The notes under the pieces: generated by a model
What the model saw: the letters and a program-made list of their open reading frames with translations, nothing else
Databases searched by the model: none
Told to the model about the DNA's origin: nothing
Program-made: the position numbers and the translations under genes
Part shown: in pieces, positions 9,344 to 19,950 of the stretch
Layout: each line of letters opens with the position of its first letter
Numbering within the stretch: the first letter of the stretch is position 1
NCBI GenBank assembly: GCA_963701075.1
Contig: OY969559.1
Span: 1,248,001 to 1,312,000, forward strand
Origin: an uncultured Nitrososphaerota archaeon
GTDB taxonomy: Archaea > Thermoproteota > Nitrososphaeria > Nitrososphaerales > Nitrosopumilaceae
Direction of reading: 5' to 3'
DNA length: 64,000 nucleotides

Positions 9344-11505
9344 GCCTGACTCCGCAAGAGTCTGACTATCTTGAAAAAAAGATAGGTCGAAAACCAAATC
9401 CTGTTGAGATGCAGATAGTTGCCGCAGAATGGTCTGAACACTGCTCTTACAAGTCATCAAAAAAATACCTGAAAATTCTTCCGCGCAAAGGAGCCAGAGT
9501 CATCTCAGGTCCTGGGTATGATTCTGGCGTTTTAGATGTAGGTGATGGGTATGTTGTCACAGTACACATTGAAAGTCACAACCATCCTTCTGCAGTGGAA
9601 CCATATGGTGGGGCAGCAACTGGAGTAGGCGGAGTAATACGTGATATCCTGTCAGCTGGTACAAGACCAATTGCGATTTTGGACGGGCTTAGGTTTGGTG
9701 ACATAAAAAATGATACTCATGCAAGATGGCTTTTTAAAAATGCCGTTAGGGGAATTGCCGATTATGGAAATTGTTTGGGCATACCAACTGTTGGCGGTGA
9801 AATAGAATTTGACAAATGTTTTACCAATTATGCACTAGTTGATGTTGCCTCGATTGGATTTGGAAAAAAAGAGAGGCTAATACAAAACAGAGCTGACAAG
9901 GGAGATTTTCTAGTACTAGTCGGCGGTTCTACCGGAAGAGATGGCATGGGAGGGTCCCAGTTTGCATCTGACAAGTTAGAGTCTGAGAACCGTTCTGCTG
10001 TACAAATTCCAGACCCGTTCATTGAAAAGCTAGTAATCGAAGTAATCCTAAATGCCAGAAATCAAAACTGCATCAAGGCCATGAAAGATTTGGGAGGTGG
10101 AGGGCTTTCTTGCGCCATCTCGGAAACAGCTGACGCGCTATCGGTTGGTATTGAACTTGATGTATCCATGATTCACAAAAGGGAGCAAAACATGTCGCCT
10201 ACCGAATTGATGGTTTCTGAATCTCAAGAGAGGATGCTTGTGATAACCTCTCCTGAAAAACTTGGAACTCTAAAAGAAATTTGTGAAAAATTCCGCGTAT
10301 CCTATTCTGTTGTAGGTGTGGTAACTGATGGTAATACCATGGAAGTCAAATCTGAAAAACAGACAGTAGCCAAATTGCCAAGCAATGTAGTTGCAAATGC
10401 CCCGCTCCTTGACAGACCGTCAAGTGTGCCAAAATATTTGAAACGTATATCATTAATTAAAAAGCCCGGAACGCCAAAAAACCTATCGTACACACTTCTT
10501 GCGATGCTTTCAAACCCCAACATTGCAAGCAAACATTGGGTATACACACAATACGACCACGAAGTTGGCATTCGTACCGTGATAAAACCTGGAAAAGATG
10601 CCTCTGTTTTAAGACTTGACAATGGCAAATTCCTCTCAATTAAGATAGATGGTAATTCAAAGCACTGTTACGTTGACCCTCGACAGGGAGCGATTGGCTG
10701 TTTTGATGAGGCCTGCCGAAACGTAATCTGCACTGGCGCAACTCCAATAGGAATGGTTGATCATTTGCAATTTGGGAACCCTGAAGATCCTGAAATTTTT
10801 TGGACATTCCAAGAATCAGTGGAAGGAATCACAGAGTATGCCAAATATTTTGAGATTCCATGCGTGGGAGGTAAAGTGAGTCTGTACAACGAGACTGATA
10901 ATGGGCCAATCAAGCCAACTCCATTGATAGGAGTGCTTGGCCTAATAGAGGGCAAGCCATTGATGCCGCAAAAAGTCAAAACAGGTGACTTGATTGTTCT
11001 GGTAGGTATTACAAAGGACGAACTTGGAGGCTCGGAATATTACGAATATGTTCATGATATCATAGGGGGAAGGTGCCCTGCAGTTGATATGAAATCCTCA
11101 AAGGCCAATCAAGGGGCAGTCTTGGAAACAATAAGCCAAGATCTGGTAAAGGTAGTACACGATTGCTCCAAGGGGGGAATCGGAGTAGCGATATCTGAGA
11201 CTTGTATCACAAATGAAATTGGTTGCCATGTTTTTCTAGATAAAATACCGTCGGAGAATCTCAAGTATGATGAACTGCTCTTTTCAGAATCGCATTCCAG
11301 GTTCTTGCTAACAGTTGATCCGTCAAAGATAAAAAAAGTAAAATCCTTGCTTGAAAAAAGGGGGGTCCAAAATGAAATTATAGGAAAATTTGCAGGCCGT
11401 AGTATTACATTTAAGGACAAAACCAAGTTGGTTGCAAGTGTAATGGTTGATAAGGCACAAGAAAAATGGTTAAACTCGTTGGGGTCATTGGTCAATCATG
11501 GTTAA
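9340..11505 (+). CDS. purL: FGAM synthase subunit PurL
   Basis: WSEHCSYKSS, ESHNHPSAVEPYGGAATGVGG, SESQERM. Confidence 0.97.
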   Translation: MSLTPQESDYLEKKIGRKPNPVEMQIVAAEWSEHCSYKSSKKYLKILPRKGARVISGPGYDSGVLDVGDGYVVTVHIESHNHPSAVEPYGGAATGVGGVIRDILSAGTRPIAILDGLRFGDIKNDTHARWLFKNAVRGIADYGNCLGIPTVGGEIEFDKCFTNYALVDVASIGFGKKERLIQNRADKGDFLVLVGGSTGRDGMGGSQFASDKLESENRSAVQIPDPFIEKLVIEVILNARNQNCIKAMKDLGGGGLSCAISETADALSVGIELDVSMIHKREQNMSPTELMVSESQERMLVITSPEKLGTLKEICEKFRVSYSVVGVVTDGNTMEVKSEKQTVAKLPSNVVANAPLLDRPSSVPKYLKRISLIKKPGTPKNLSYTLLAMLSNPNIASKHWVYTQYDHEVGIRTVIKPGKDASVLRLDNGKFLSIKIDGNSKHCYVDPRQGAIGCFDEACRNVICTGATPIGMVDHLQFGNPEDPEIFWTFQESVEGITEYAKYFEIPCVGGKVSLYNETDNGPIKPTPLIGVLGLIEGKPLMPQKVKTGDLIVLVGITKDELGGSEYYEYVHDIIGGRCPAVDMKSSKANQGAVLETISQDLVKVVHDCSKGGIGVAISETCITNEIGCHVFLDKIPSENLKYDELLFSESHSRFLLTVDPSKIKKVKSLLEKRGVQNEIIGKFAGRSITFKDKTKLVASVMVDKAQEKWLNSLGSLVNHG

Positions 11506-12934
11506 AGAAAACTGTGGCGTAGTAGGAATTTTTAGCTTGGATGGCGCAAATGTCATACCGATGGTTATTGATGCATTGCGTGCTCTCCAACATCGAGGCC
11601 AAGAGGCATGGGGTATTGCAGTTCCAAAAAAACAACCACACAAACAGCTTGGCCTTGTATCATCTGCAGTATCAGACTTTGATAAAATCACTCGAGATTA
11701 TGCTTCGCCTGCAGCCATAGGACATGTTAGATATTCTACAATAGGCAAAAGTAACTTGGAAAACGCCCAACCACTAAAAGTAAAGGACTTGTGCATTGCC
11801 CATAATGGAACCATCTCAAATGTTGAAGAGTTGGCAGGCATGGTGGGAGGATGTACATTTACGCCGCAAAATGCAAGTGATACGCTTGTTGCTGCACAAC
11901 GACTAGTATCGCTCATGTCTGAAAATGGAAAACTAGGTAGCGCCCTCTCAATTTTGAAAAATGAGATGGTGGGCTCATTTTGTTTTACTTTTGTTTCAGA
12001 TGATAACGCTGTATATGCAGCGCGTGATCCTAGGGGATTTAGACCCATGGTTATAGGATATAGAAAAGATAACAATTCTTACATCGTAGCATCAGAGTCT
12101 GTGGCACTTTCTGCGGTGGGTGCTCAGCTTGTAAGGGATGTAAAACCTGGCGAGCTTGTAAAAATCAGCAACTCAGGACTGGAGTACGAGATGTTCTCTG
12201 AAGAAAAAAAACCGGCTCATTGTTCTTTTGAGTTTACCTATTTTGCACATCCATCAAGTGTCATGGAGAGCTCAAACATCTACATAGTCAGAAAAAGAAT
12301 TGGGCAATTTTTAGCAAGAAAATATCCAATCAAGGATGCAGATATTGTTGTTCCAGTTCCTGACTCTGCAAGGCCTGCCGCACTAGGTTATGCACAAGAG
12401 CTAGGAATTCCATTTGAAGAGGGATTGCTCAAGGATAGGTATAGCAGAAAAGGACCACTGCGCAGTTTCATTGAACCGCATCAAAGTGACAGAGTTGAAA
12501 TTAATCGTTGGATTATTCCTATCACTCAAGTAATTAGCGGCAAACATGTTGTAGTAGTTGATGATAGTCTTGTAAGGGGTACAAGCTCAAAGGCAATCAT
12601 CAAGGCACTGCGAAGAGCAGGTGCAAGAAAGATTAGCATGGTTATCACTTTTCCCCAGATAAAATATCCTTGTTATGCAGGAATTGATTTTCCCTCACAA
12701 GATGAACTGGTCACATTTATGGGCGATGGAAAAAATTACACCGAAGACGAAATCACAGAAAAAGTCAGGCAGTGAATTGGCGCAGATTTTCTTGGCTACA
12801 ATGACTCTCAGAATCTTGCAAATGCTGTAGGGATGGATTACAATTCGATGTGTTTTACATGCTATTCAGGTGATTATTCTACTCTTGGGATAAAACCCAC
12901 ATTTAAGAGCAGAGCGGAAACAAAAGGGGAATAG
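11498..12934 (+). CDS. purF: Amidophosphoribosyltransferase, interrupted by an in-frame TGA at 12773-12775
   Basis: CGVVG, LQHRGQE, GHVRY, AHNG, VVDDSLVRG; the frame continues IGADFLGY...CFTCYSGDY to TAG 12932-12934. Confidence 0.93.
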
Positions 12935-12936
12935 AG

Positions 12937-13197
12937 TTGGAGTTAGCATTTGTTCTTGTAAAAAGCAAGATGGGACATGAAATGGATGTGTTAAGTGAAA
13001 TCTTAAAAATTGATGGAGTAAAGGAAGTAACTGGCACCTATGGGCAATATGACATTTTTGTAAAGGTTCAGGCTTCAACCAAGGCACAAATTGACAAAAT
13101 AATCACAAAAGAAATCCGTAAAGTGCACAATGTCATTTCAACAACCACTCTGCCCGTGATCCTAGGTCAGGGCGATGACCATTCATCCAAAAGATAA
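12937..13197 (+). CDS. Lrp/AsnC ligand-binding domain protein
   Basis: AFVLVK..GVKEV.GTYGQYDIFVKV...IRK..NV.ST.TL. Confidence 0.88.
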   Translation: MELAFVLVKSKMGHEMDVLSEILKIDGVKEVTGTYGQYDIFVKVQASTKAQIDKIITKEIRKVHNVISTTTLPVILGQGDDHSSKR

Positions 13198-13292
13198 GGC
13201 ATACTCTAACCCCGCGCCCGATGATCTACTTGCACAAGAAATGGGTCAAAAAATATATCAGTTTAAATCCAAGTCAGTTCAATGACGCCTGA

Positions 13293-14120
13293 TTGAGGTT
13301 TTTACGCTCAGGCAAGGTCAAAGACATATACGAACTAGATGACAAGCACATTCTATTTCATTTTACTGACCGAGTTTCTGCATTTGACGTAAAGTTTCCT
13401 ACCCCCATACCGCGAAAGGGTGAAGTGCTTTGCAAGTTTGCCGAGTTTTGGTTTGAAAAATTGCCAACCCCGAATCATTATGTCAAAACAGAGGCAAAGG
13501 ACAAGATGGTAGTTAAAAAAATGGATATTATTCCAATTGAATGTGTTGTTCGCGGATATTTCTATGGTAGTCTGGTCCAAAGGTGGAAAGAAGGCCAAGT
13601 GAAAATTCCAGAGGGTACCAATACCCAAATTGCAGCAAAGTTTCCAAGACCAATATTTGATCCCACCACAAAATCTGAAACCCATGACATCCCAATAACT
13701 AGAGACGATGCATTGGCCAAAAATCTTGCAAGTCCTGCCGAATATGATTGGTTAGAAAAGACATCGCTTGGGATTTACCAAAAAATGTCAGAAATAGCAG
13801 AAAAGGCGGGATTCATACTGGCAGATCTAAAACTAGAGTTTGGAAAGATAGGAGGCGAGATTATTTTAGGAGATTCTATTGGTCCTGATGAATACAGAAT
13901 GTGGCCACAAGAATCGTATCAAGTGGGAAAGATACAAGAAAGCTACGACAAGCAACTATTGCGTGACTGGCTTGCAGCTCGTGGCCTGCAAAAAAAATTC
14001 GAAGACGAGAGAAAGCAGGGGCTAGTGCCTGTTGCACCAGAGCTTCCACAAGACCTGTGCAACGAAATGTCTTCTAGATACATAACTTCATACGCGCGCA
14101 TTACTGGAACTCGTCTTTAA
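13293..14120 (+). CDS. purC: SAICAR synthetase
   Basis: GKVKDIY, FTDRVSAFD, IECVVRGY, ADLKLEFG, YDKQ.LRDW. Confidence 0.96.
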   Translation: MRFLRSGKVKDIYELDDKHILFHFTDRVSAFDVKFPTPIPRKGEVLCKFAEFWFEKLPTPNHYVKTEAKDKMVVKKMDIIPIECVVRGYFYGSLVQRWKEGQVKIPEGTNTQIAAKFPRPIFDPTTKSETHDIPITRDDALAKNLASPAEYDWLEKTSLGIYQKMSEIAEKAGFILADLKLEFGKIGGEIILGDSIGPDEYRMWPQESYQVGKIQESYDKQLLRDWLAARGLQKKFEDERKQGLVPVAPELPQDLCNEMSSRYITSYARITGTRL

Positions 14121-14434
14121 CTCGAATTTTGTTTTAGGGGCTGACACAAATCTTGCCCATCTGTGCCTTATTTTCTACCCTTAGAGAATCTTTTTCCCAA
14201 AAACACAAAAATTTTCCAATTCTGGTTTTATGGTAACGTTACTATGCATATAGTAATGATGGTATATACATCATAATAGTGCAAGTAGTATCATTATAGA
14301 ATCATCTATATCATATCATAAAGAAAAAATTAGAATCTTTTTCACAATGGTTGTAACGTGAAAAAAAATCACGTAATGGACAAAAAAATATGATCTTGGG
14401 ATCTTTTAGGTTGTATTAAAACTGAAATTAGGAA

Positions 14435-14968
14435 ATGTCAACTCTACTGCAAAAAGAAATCAAAATAAACAAAATTCTTGCCACAAGCGCTTCACAAGCC
14501 AAAGCACTTGATGATGATGCCAGGGTCAGGATTCTGCAAATACTGTACCACAAGCAACTAACTACAGATCAGATTGTAGTAGAATTGCACAAAGAAGGAT
14601 GCAAAAAAGCAACCACTACAATAAGGCATCACTTGGATGTCCTAAAAGACGCCGGGCTTGTTGAAATTGTCAAGATGGAAGAGGTTCGCGGCGCAGTTTT
14701 GAAATACTATGGAACGTCGGTAAGAGTTTTGGGACACAAACTTCCACCAAATTTTGAAAATGACTTTTCTAAAACAATCGTCGATGCATCTGTCAAACTG
14801 GAAAAAGTAATTAAAAACATAGCCCAGACGGCAGGCTCTAAAATGAAGAAAAAAAGTAACGCAAAAAATAATTCAGAGCCAAATTACGAAGAATATCTTT
14901 TGGTAGAAATTGTAAACCGGGCAATGGCAAAAGTGTTTGAAGAAAACGGCTCAATGATTCAAAAATAG
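14435..14968 (+). CDS. ArsR-like winged-helix transcriptional regulator
   Basis: AKALDDDARVRIL..., TTIRHHLDVLKDAGLVE. Confidence 0.85.
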   Translation: MSTLLQKEIKINKILATSASQAKALDDDARVRILQILYHKQLTTDQIVVELHKEGCKKATTTIRHHLDVLKDAGLVEIVKMEEVRGAVLKYYGTSVRVLGHKLPPNFENDFSKTIVDASVKLEKVIKNIAQTAGSKMKKKSNAKNNSEPNYEEYLLVEIVNRAMAKVFEENGSMIQK

Positions 14969-14969
14969 A

Positions 14970-15386
14970 TTAGGTAACTTCTATTGCAAAGATCCCTCTA
15001 GTTTCGGGATTCTGTAGTGCCTTTATCATTTGTCTTGGTATGTCATCTGATGCTGCATCACAATTGGTGGCCATGGTTCTGGGGCAAGTAAAAGCGCTTT
15101 TTCTGATTACTATGTCATGAGGGTTTGTCAGAGTCAGCTTGTCGCTTCCTCTGCCTTTTACTTTGAATGAAAAGTCCTTTACGATAATTGCACAGTCAAC
15201 ACTAGATTTTGAATTTTGCAAAAGCATTTTCATTTTCTCTGGCAAGTCGCGGCATCCCGAACTTGCCCCCACTCCGACTATGCAATCTCCATTTACCGTA
15301 AGATGTGACTCTGTTGTTATCTCAATTGTTTTTGGATGAAGTGATCTTATGTTTTCATGACCATGGAAAGGGATCTCAAAACGCAT
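14970..15386 (-). CDS. DUF371 domain protein
   Basis: GHENI..LHPKTIEIT....LT..GDCIVGV; DIVIRKS. Confidence 0.85.
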   Translation of the reverse strand: MRFEIPFHGHENIRSLHPKTIEITTESHLTVNGDCIVGVGASSGCRDLPEKMKMLLQNSKSSVDCAIIVKDFSFKVKGRGSDKLTLTNPHDIVIRKSAFTCPRTMATNCDAASDDIPRQMIKALQNPETRGIFAIEVT

Positions 15387-15438
15387 GGTTTCCTACTTGT
15401 ATAAACTTAAATTAAACCTTCAAAGGTAGAATTTTGAA

Positions 15439-16179
15439 ATGCTTCCAGCAGCAGCAGGTTATGATAGAGCAATTACTGTATTTTCTCCCGATGGCAGACT
15501 TTACCAAGTAGAATATGCTATTGAAACTGTACGAAGAGGAACTCTTGCAATAGGCGTCAAAAGCAAAGATGGACTCATCATAGCTGTTGAAGAAAAACCA
15601 AGAAAATTACAAAACTCAGATGTTACCCAAAAAATATTCCAAGTCGATGATCACATAGGTGTAGCAGCGGCAGGATACATCCCGGACGCAAGATCTCAAG
15701 TAGATAACGCTAGATTCTTTTCACAAAGCAACAGGATGATCTATGACGAACCAATCGAGGTAGAGTCTGTTGCAAAACACTTGGCTGATCAGTGCCAACA
15801 ATTTACCCAGTATGCAGGAGTAAGACCATTTGGCGTTGCGTTGATAATTGCAGGAATTGACAAAAGTGGAAGCACTATATTTCTCACTGATCCAAGTGGT
15901 ACTTACATTTCATATGAAGCTGTTGCAATAGGTGCAGGCTCAGACCAAGTAACAGAATATCTTGAAAAATACTACAAAAAAGACATGTCATTTGAAGATG
16001 CGGCGGCAATTGCAATCGAATCAATATATCTTGTAAGTGAAGACAAGGAAGGAACAAAGCATATCAAGATGGCCCATATACTAAATGACGCCAAGATCAT
16101 GATCAAAACCCCCGAAAAAGATATTGAAAAATATGCTGCTAAAGCCAAAGAGAACTTTGCCAAAAGACAGCAAAAGTAA
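15439..16179 (+). CDS. psmA: 20S proteasome alpha subunit
   Basis: GYDRAITVFSPDGRLYQVEYA, RPFGVAL. Confidence 0.97.
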   Translation: MLPAAAGYDRAITVFSPDGRLYQVEYAIETVRRGTLAIGVKSKDGLIIAVEEKPRKLQNSDVTQKIFQVDDHIGVAAAGYIPDARSQVDNARFFSQSNRMIYDEPIEVESVAKHLADQCQQFTQYAGVRPFGVALIIAGIDKSGSTIFLTDPSGTYISYEAVAIGAGSDQVTEYLEKYYKKDMSFEDAAAIAIESIYLVSEDKEGTKHIKMAHILNDAKIMIKTPEKDIEKYAAKAKENFAKRQQK

Positions 16180-16218
16180 CATCTAGCATTTTATAGCACA
16201 ACAAAGTTATTTGCAATA

Positions 16219-17034
16219 TTGAAGATCTCAATAGCTATTCCTGATTCAACACTAATGGAAGAACCGTCTCCTCTGGGACAAGCATTAAAAATCTCTGATA
16301 TTGGACGCGCATGTTCTGTGTTTAAGGTAAACACAATCTATCTGTACCACGAGGCAGATGGTAGGGATCGTGACCGATCACTTATGCGCACCACACTGCG
16401 CTATCTTGAGACTCCTCAGTACCTGCGCAGAACAATGTATAGAAAAACAGAAGAGCTCAGATTTGCAGGAAGCCTAAGTCCACTTAAAATTCCATCCCAC
16501 GTGCAAACACCAGATCCAAACAAGGTTAAACCAGGTGATGTCCGCGATGGAGTTGTTGTCTTTGCTAGGGGACAAAAATATGTAGACGTAGGATTTGACA
16601 AGTTCATTCCATATCATGGTCCTGAAGAAGAAGGAAAAAGAATCACTGTCCAATTCAAAGAAGGCTTTCCAAATCTTTCAATAAAACAGATCAGGCGTGA
16701 TGAGATCAAGCAGTATTGGGGCTATGAAGTCAAAGAAGCATCAAGTCTGAGCAGTGTTCTTTCCAATTGGAATTCTTTTGTCATATTTACATCAAGAAAG
16801 GGCAAACTCATCCATAAAACACAAAAATACTTTCAAGAGATCTCAGACTCTGAAGTTTTGGTAGTGTTTGGCTCTCCAAAAAGAGGAGTTCACGAGATTC
16901 TAGGTAGAGCTTTGGGAAATGTGCCAAAATCGCAGATCCTAAACTTTTTTCCAGATCAAGCTACTGAAACAGTCCGACTCGAAGAAGCAATACTTGGAAC
17001 ACTTGCGATCTTGAACATACTGACACGTAACTAG
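16219..17034 (+). CDS. SPOUT-class RNA methyltransferase (DUF171 family)
   Basis: ISIAIP, LRYLETPQYLR, YWGYEV, VVFGSP, QATETVRLEEA. Confidence 0.88.
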   Translation: MKISIAIPDSTLMEEPSPLGQALKISDIGRACSVFKVNTIYLYHEADGRDRDRSLMRTTLRYLETPQYLRRTMYRKTEELRFAGSLSPLKIPSHVQTPDPNKVKPGDVRDGVVVFARGQKYVDVGFDKFIPYHGPEEEGKRITVQFKEGFPNLSIKQIRRDEIKQYWGYEVKEASSLSSVLSNWNSFVIFTSRKGKLIHKTQKYFQEISDSEVLVVFGSPKRGVHEILGRALGNVPKSQILNFFPDQATETVRLEEAILGTLAILNILTRN

Positions 17035-17060
17035 TTTAATATTAAATGGTATAATGGTAC

Positions 17061-17162
17061 ATGTTGGAGAAGAAATTTTTTGCATATGCAATTATGGCGG
17101 GAATTGCATGTGTTATCATTGGAAGTATAGTTATTGCAATCAATCTTATGCATTTTTTATAA
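17061..17162 (+). CDS. Putative single-TM microprotein (33 aa)
   Basis: MLEKKFFAYAIMAGIACVIIGSIVIAINLMHFL*; TTTAATAT about 25 nt upstream. Confidence 0.45.
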   Translation: MLEKKFFAYAIMAGIACVIIGSIVIAINLMHFL

Positions 17163-17216
17163 AAACTTAAAGTTTTACAAAAAAATAATGGCAAGCCGTA
17201 TTTTATGATATATCAG

Positions 17217-18090
17217 CAACTCATCCTAAAACCCTCCAATACATCATTATTCCAGTAATGTTAAGAAATGCCAGATAATTTTCTGCAATTCTCTCATATC
17301 TGATTCTAATTCTGTGGAATCCACATTTGAGCCATGCAAAGAATCTCTCCACCACGTATCTTGTCCTGTTGTAATTACTCTGACTTTTCTTATTGTTGTT
17401 ATTTTTGAAATTTCTGGATGGAATGCAGTCCCTGATGTTTCTATTCTTTAGATACTCTCTAATCTTTTTTGCATCATAACCCTTGTCTGCATATACAGCT
17501 ACGATCTGTTCTATGGAATCATCATCAAGATATTCAGAGATGTTTTCCATCACATCGATGAGCTTTGTTGAATCATGCTCATTTGCAGGACCAATAATTA
17601 TTGATACTGGAAGTGAATTGCAATCTACTGCAACATGTATTTTCGTGCCTGATATTCTTTTGAATCCGTCGTATCCTGTCACATCTCCCCTTTTTTGGCT
17701 GCAACAGTTGACGAATCAACCGATACCTTTTGCAGCTGTATCTTCCCTGAATGGTGTGCTGATTTTATTGCATCAGATAAGATATTTTGCCAGATTCCTT
17801 TTTGCTGCCATTTCTGCAATCTGAGATGAGCAGTTGATTTTGAGCCGTATCTTTTTGGCATCTCCTCCCACCTGCAGCCGGTAACCAGAATAAACATGAT
17901 TCCATTTATTGTGGTACGGTCATCACACCTTGGTCTGCCTGTTCTGGCAGGCGATGGAAGGTGTTTTTGTATTGTTTCCCATTGTTTGTCTGAGATTTCT
18001 TGGAATTTCATGGAATCAGTGTGATTATTCCATCTGATAGATCCAGTGATCGTCAAAAATTTACTAAATGATCAGTTTTAGGATGAGTTG
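17217..18090 (-). mobile_element. IS5-family insertion sequence, copy 1 (874 bp)
   Basis: 16-bp perfect TIR CAACTCATCCTAAAAC/GTTTTAGGATGAGTTG; 3-bp TSD CAG (17214-17216, 18091-18093). Confidence 0.95.
17221..18056 (-). CDS. IS5-family DDE transposase in two overlapping ORFs (17679-18056 and 17221-17682; -1 frameshift at A6G4, 17687-17696)
   Basis: ORF A GRPR..DR..INGI..GC.W; ORF B GTKIHVAVD, ADKGYD, R..VERFFAWLK..R...RYE. Confidence 0.92.
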
Positions 18091-18145
18091 CAGATAACTT
18101 AGTGCCTAGACTTATAATGGGGTACTCGACTTTTAGCGTTTATCA

Positions 18146-19138
18146 ATGGGCCATAGGAAGCATAGCCAGCCAAGGAGGGGAAGCCTTGCCTATTTGCCAA
18201 GGTCTCGAGCGAAAAGCATGGAAGCAAGAATACGCACTTGGCCTAAGATCCAAGATGAACAGCCAAAGTTGCTGGGATATGCTGGATTCAAGGCAGCATG
18301 CATGCGTATTGCAAGTGTAGATGATAGAGAAAAGACCCCAAATTTTGGCAAACAACTTGTCAGCCTTGGAACCGTCGTTGTTACACCGCCCATGATAATT
18401 ATCGGAATTAGAGGATATTCAAAGGATAGATACGGACTAGATTCACTTTTTGACATTTATGCAAAAGACCTGCCAAAGGAATTATCAAGACTATTCAAAA
18501 CAAAGTATGACGAAAAAGGTGTTGAAAAGGCAGAAAAATCACTCAAACACATTCACGATCTTTTCGCCATTACATCTGTACTGCCAAGCCGAGCCGGACT
18601 AGAACAAAAAAAGCCATTTGTGTTTGAGGTTGCAGTTAAAGGCGGAGACATTCAAAAACAATTTGCGTTTCTAAAAGAACTTTTGGGAAAAGAAGTCAAA
18701 ATTGATCAAGTTTTTCAAAAAGGTGCAGATGTTGATGTTGCAGCAATAACAAAAGGAAAAGGATTTGAAGGTCCAATTGCAAGATGGGGAGTCAAAAAGA
18801 AACAACACAAGTCAAGAAAAAGTGTAAGAGCACTTGGTACTCTAGGTCCTATCAGTCCTTCAACTATCATGTATACTGTCCCAAGAGCTGGACAAAAAGG
18901 ATTCCATCAAAGAACACAATACAATAACAGAATCATGATAATGAGCAATTCCGAAAATGATGAATACAAAATTAATCCTTCAGGTGGCTTCAAACATTTT
19001 GGTGTAGTGCAAGGTGACTATGTTATTTTGCGCGGTTCAATTCCAGGAACTTACCGAAGACTGGTAAAACTTCGCGCACCGGAAAGACATAGAGTATCAA
19101 AGGTCTCTCTACCAAAAGTTTTGGAGATAATGATATGA
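18146..19138 (+). CDS. rpl3: 50S ribosomal protein L3
   Basis: MGHRKHSQPRRGSL, TKGKGFEG, RAGQKGFHQRT. Confidence 0.97.
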   Translation: MGHRKHSQPRRGSLAYLPRSRAKSMEARIRTWPKIQDEQPKLLGYAGFKAACMRIASVDDREKTPNFGKQLVSLGTVVVTPPMIIIGIRGYSKDRYGLDSLFDIYAKDLPKELSRLFKTKYDEKGVEKAEKSLKHIHDLFAITSVLPSRAGLEQKKPFVFEVAVKGGDIQKQFAFLKELLGKEVKIDQVFQKGADVDVAAITKGKGFEGPIARWGVKKKQHKSRKSVRALGTLGPISPSTIMYTVPRAGQKGFHQRTQYNNRIMIMSNSENDEYKINPSGGFKHFGVVQGDYVILRGSIPGTYRRLVKLRAPERHRVSKVSLPKVLEIMI

Positions 19139-19950
19139 AAGGACAAGTTCTTTCCATCTCTGGCGCAAAAGATGGCGAAATAGAATTGCCACCAGTGTTT
19201 TTGACACCGATAAGAAATGATCTTATTCACAGAGCATATGTACATTTAGAATCTCACAGTTTTCAAAGACAAGGCAGATACCCAAACGCTGGTATGGACG
19301 TCGTTGCAGAATCAAATAGCCCGCCAACAGGACATCACGCAGCAAGAGTTGCACGTATGCATGGTGGTGGAGGCGGAAGACAAGGACAAGGTGGTGGTGT
19401 TGCAATGGTGAGAAAAGGTAGACAGGCGCATCCTCCAACCGTTGAAAAAGTCATATACAAATTATTGAACAAAAAAGAAAACAAACTCGCATTGTGTTCT
19501 GCAATTGCAGCGACCTCATCTGCTACGCTCATAAAACTTAGAGGCCACAAGATTGACAAGATTGAATCGTTCCCGATTATAATGTCTGATCAGGTAGAAT
19601 CAGTAACAAAATCAAAAGAACTCTACAAGATCCTCGAATCATTGCACGTCTCACAAGATGTTTCAAGGCTTGAAGACAGACTGAAACGTCGTTCCGGTAA
19701 AACCCGATTGCGTGGCAGAAATACCAAAGTTGGTAAAAGCATCCTATTTGTAGTAAAAGATTCAAAACACCTCTCAAAGGCAGCAGGCTCAATCCCCGGA
19801 GTAGATGTTGTAGAAGCAAGAAATCTAAGTGTCATACACTTGGCACCTGGTGCAAGACCTGCAAGATTGACAGCATTTTCAAAGGGTGCAATAGACGAGC
19901 TTGCCAAACTAAAATCTCCGCATCTTGAATTAATGGTGGCCATGCAATGA
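19135..19950 (+). CDS. rpl4: 50S ribosomal protein L4
   Basis: IELPPVF...R.DLI.RA, GRQAHPP, LAPGA.PARLT. Confidence 0.96.
   Translation: MKGQVLSISGAKDGEIELPPVFLTPIRNDLIHRAYVHLESHSFQRQGRYPNAGMDVVAESNSPPTGHHAARVARMHGGGGGRQGQGGGVAMVRKGRQAHPPTVEKVIYKLLNKKENKLALCSAIAATSSATLIKLRGHKIDKIESFPIIMSDQVESVTKSKELYKILESLHVSQDVSRLEDRLKRRSGKTRLRGRNTKVGKSILFVVKDSKHLSKAAGSIPGVDVVEARNLSVIHLAPGARPARLTAFSKGAIDELAKLKSPHLELMVAMQ

Noticed and set aside
12773-12775. Selenocysteine or genetic-code reassignment of TGA
   Set aside because: TGA is a normal stop in many genes here, the position is not a conserved Cys, and no Sec machinery is visible.
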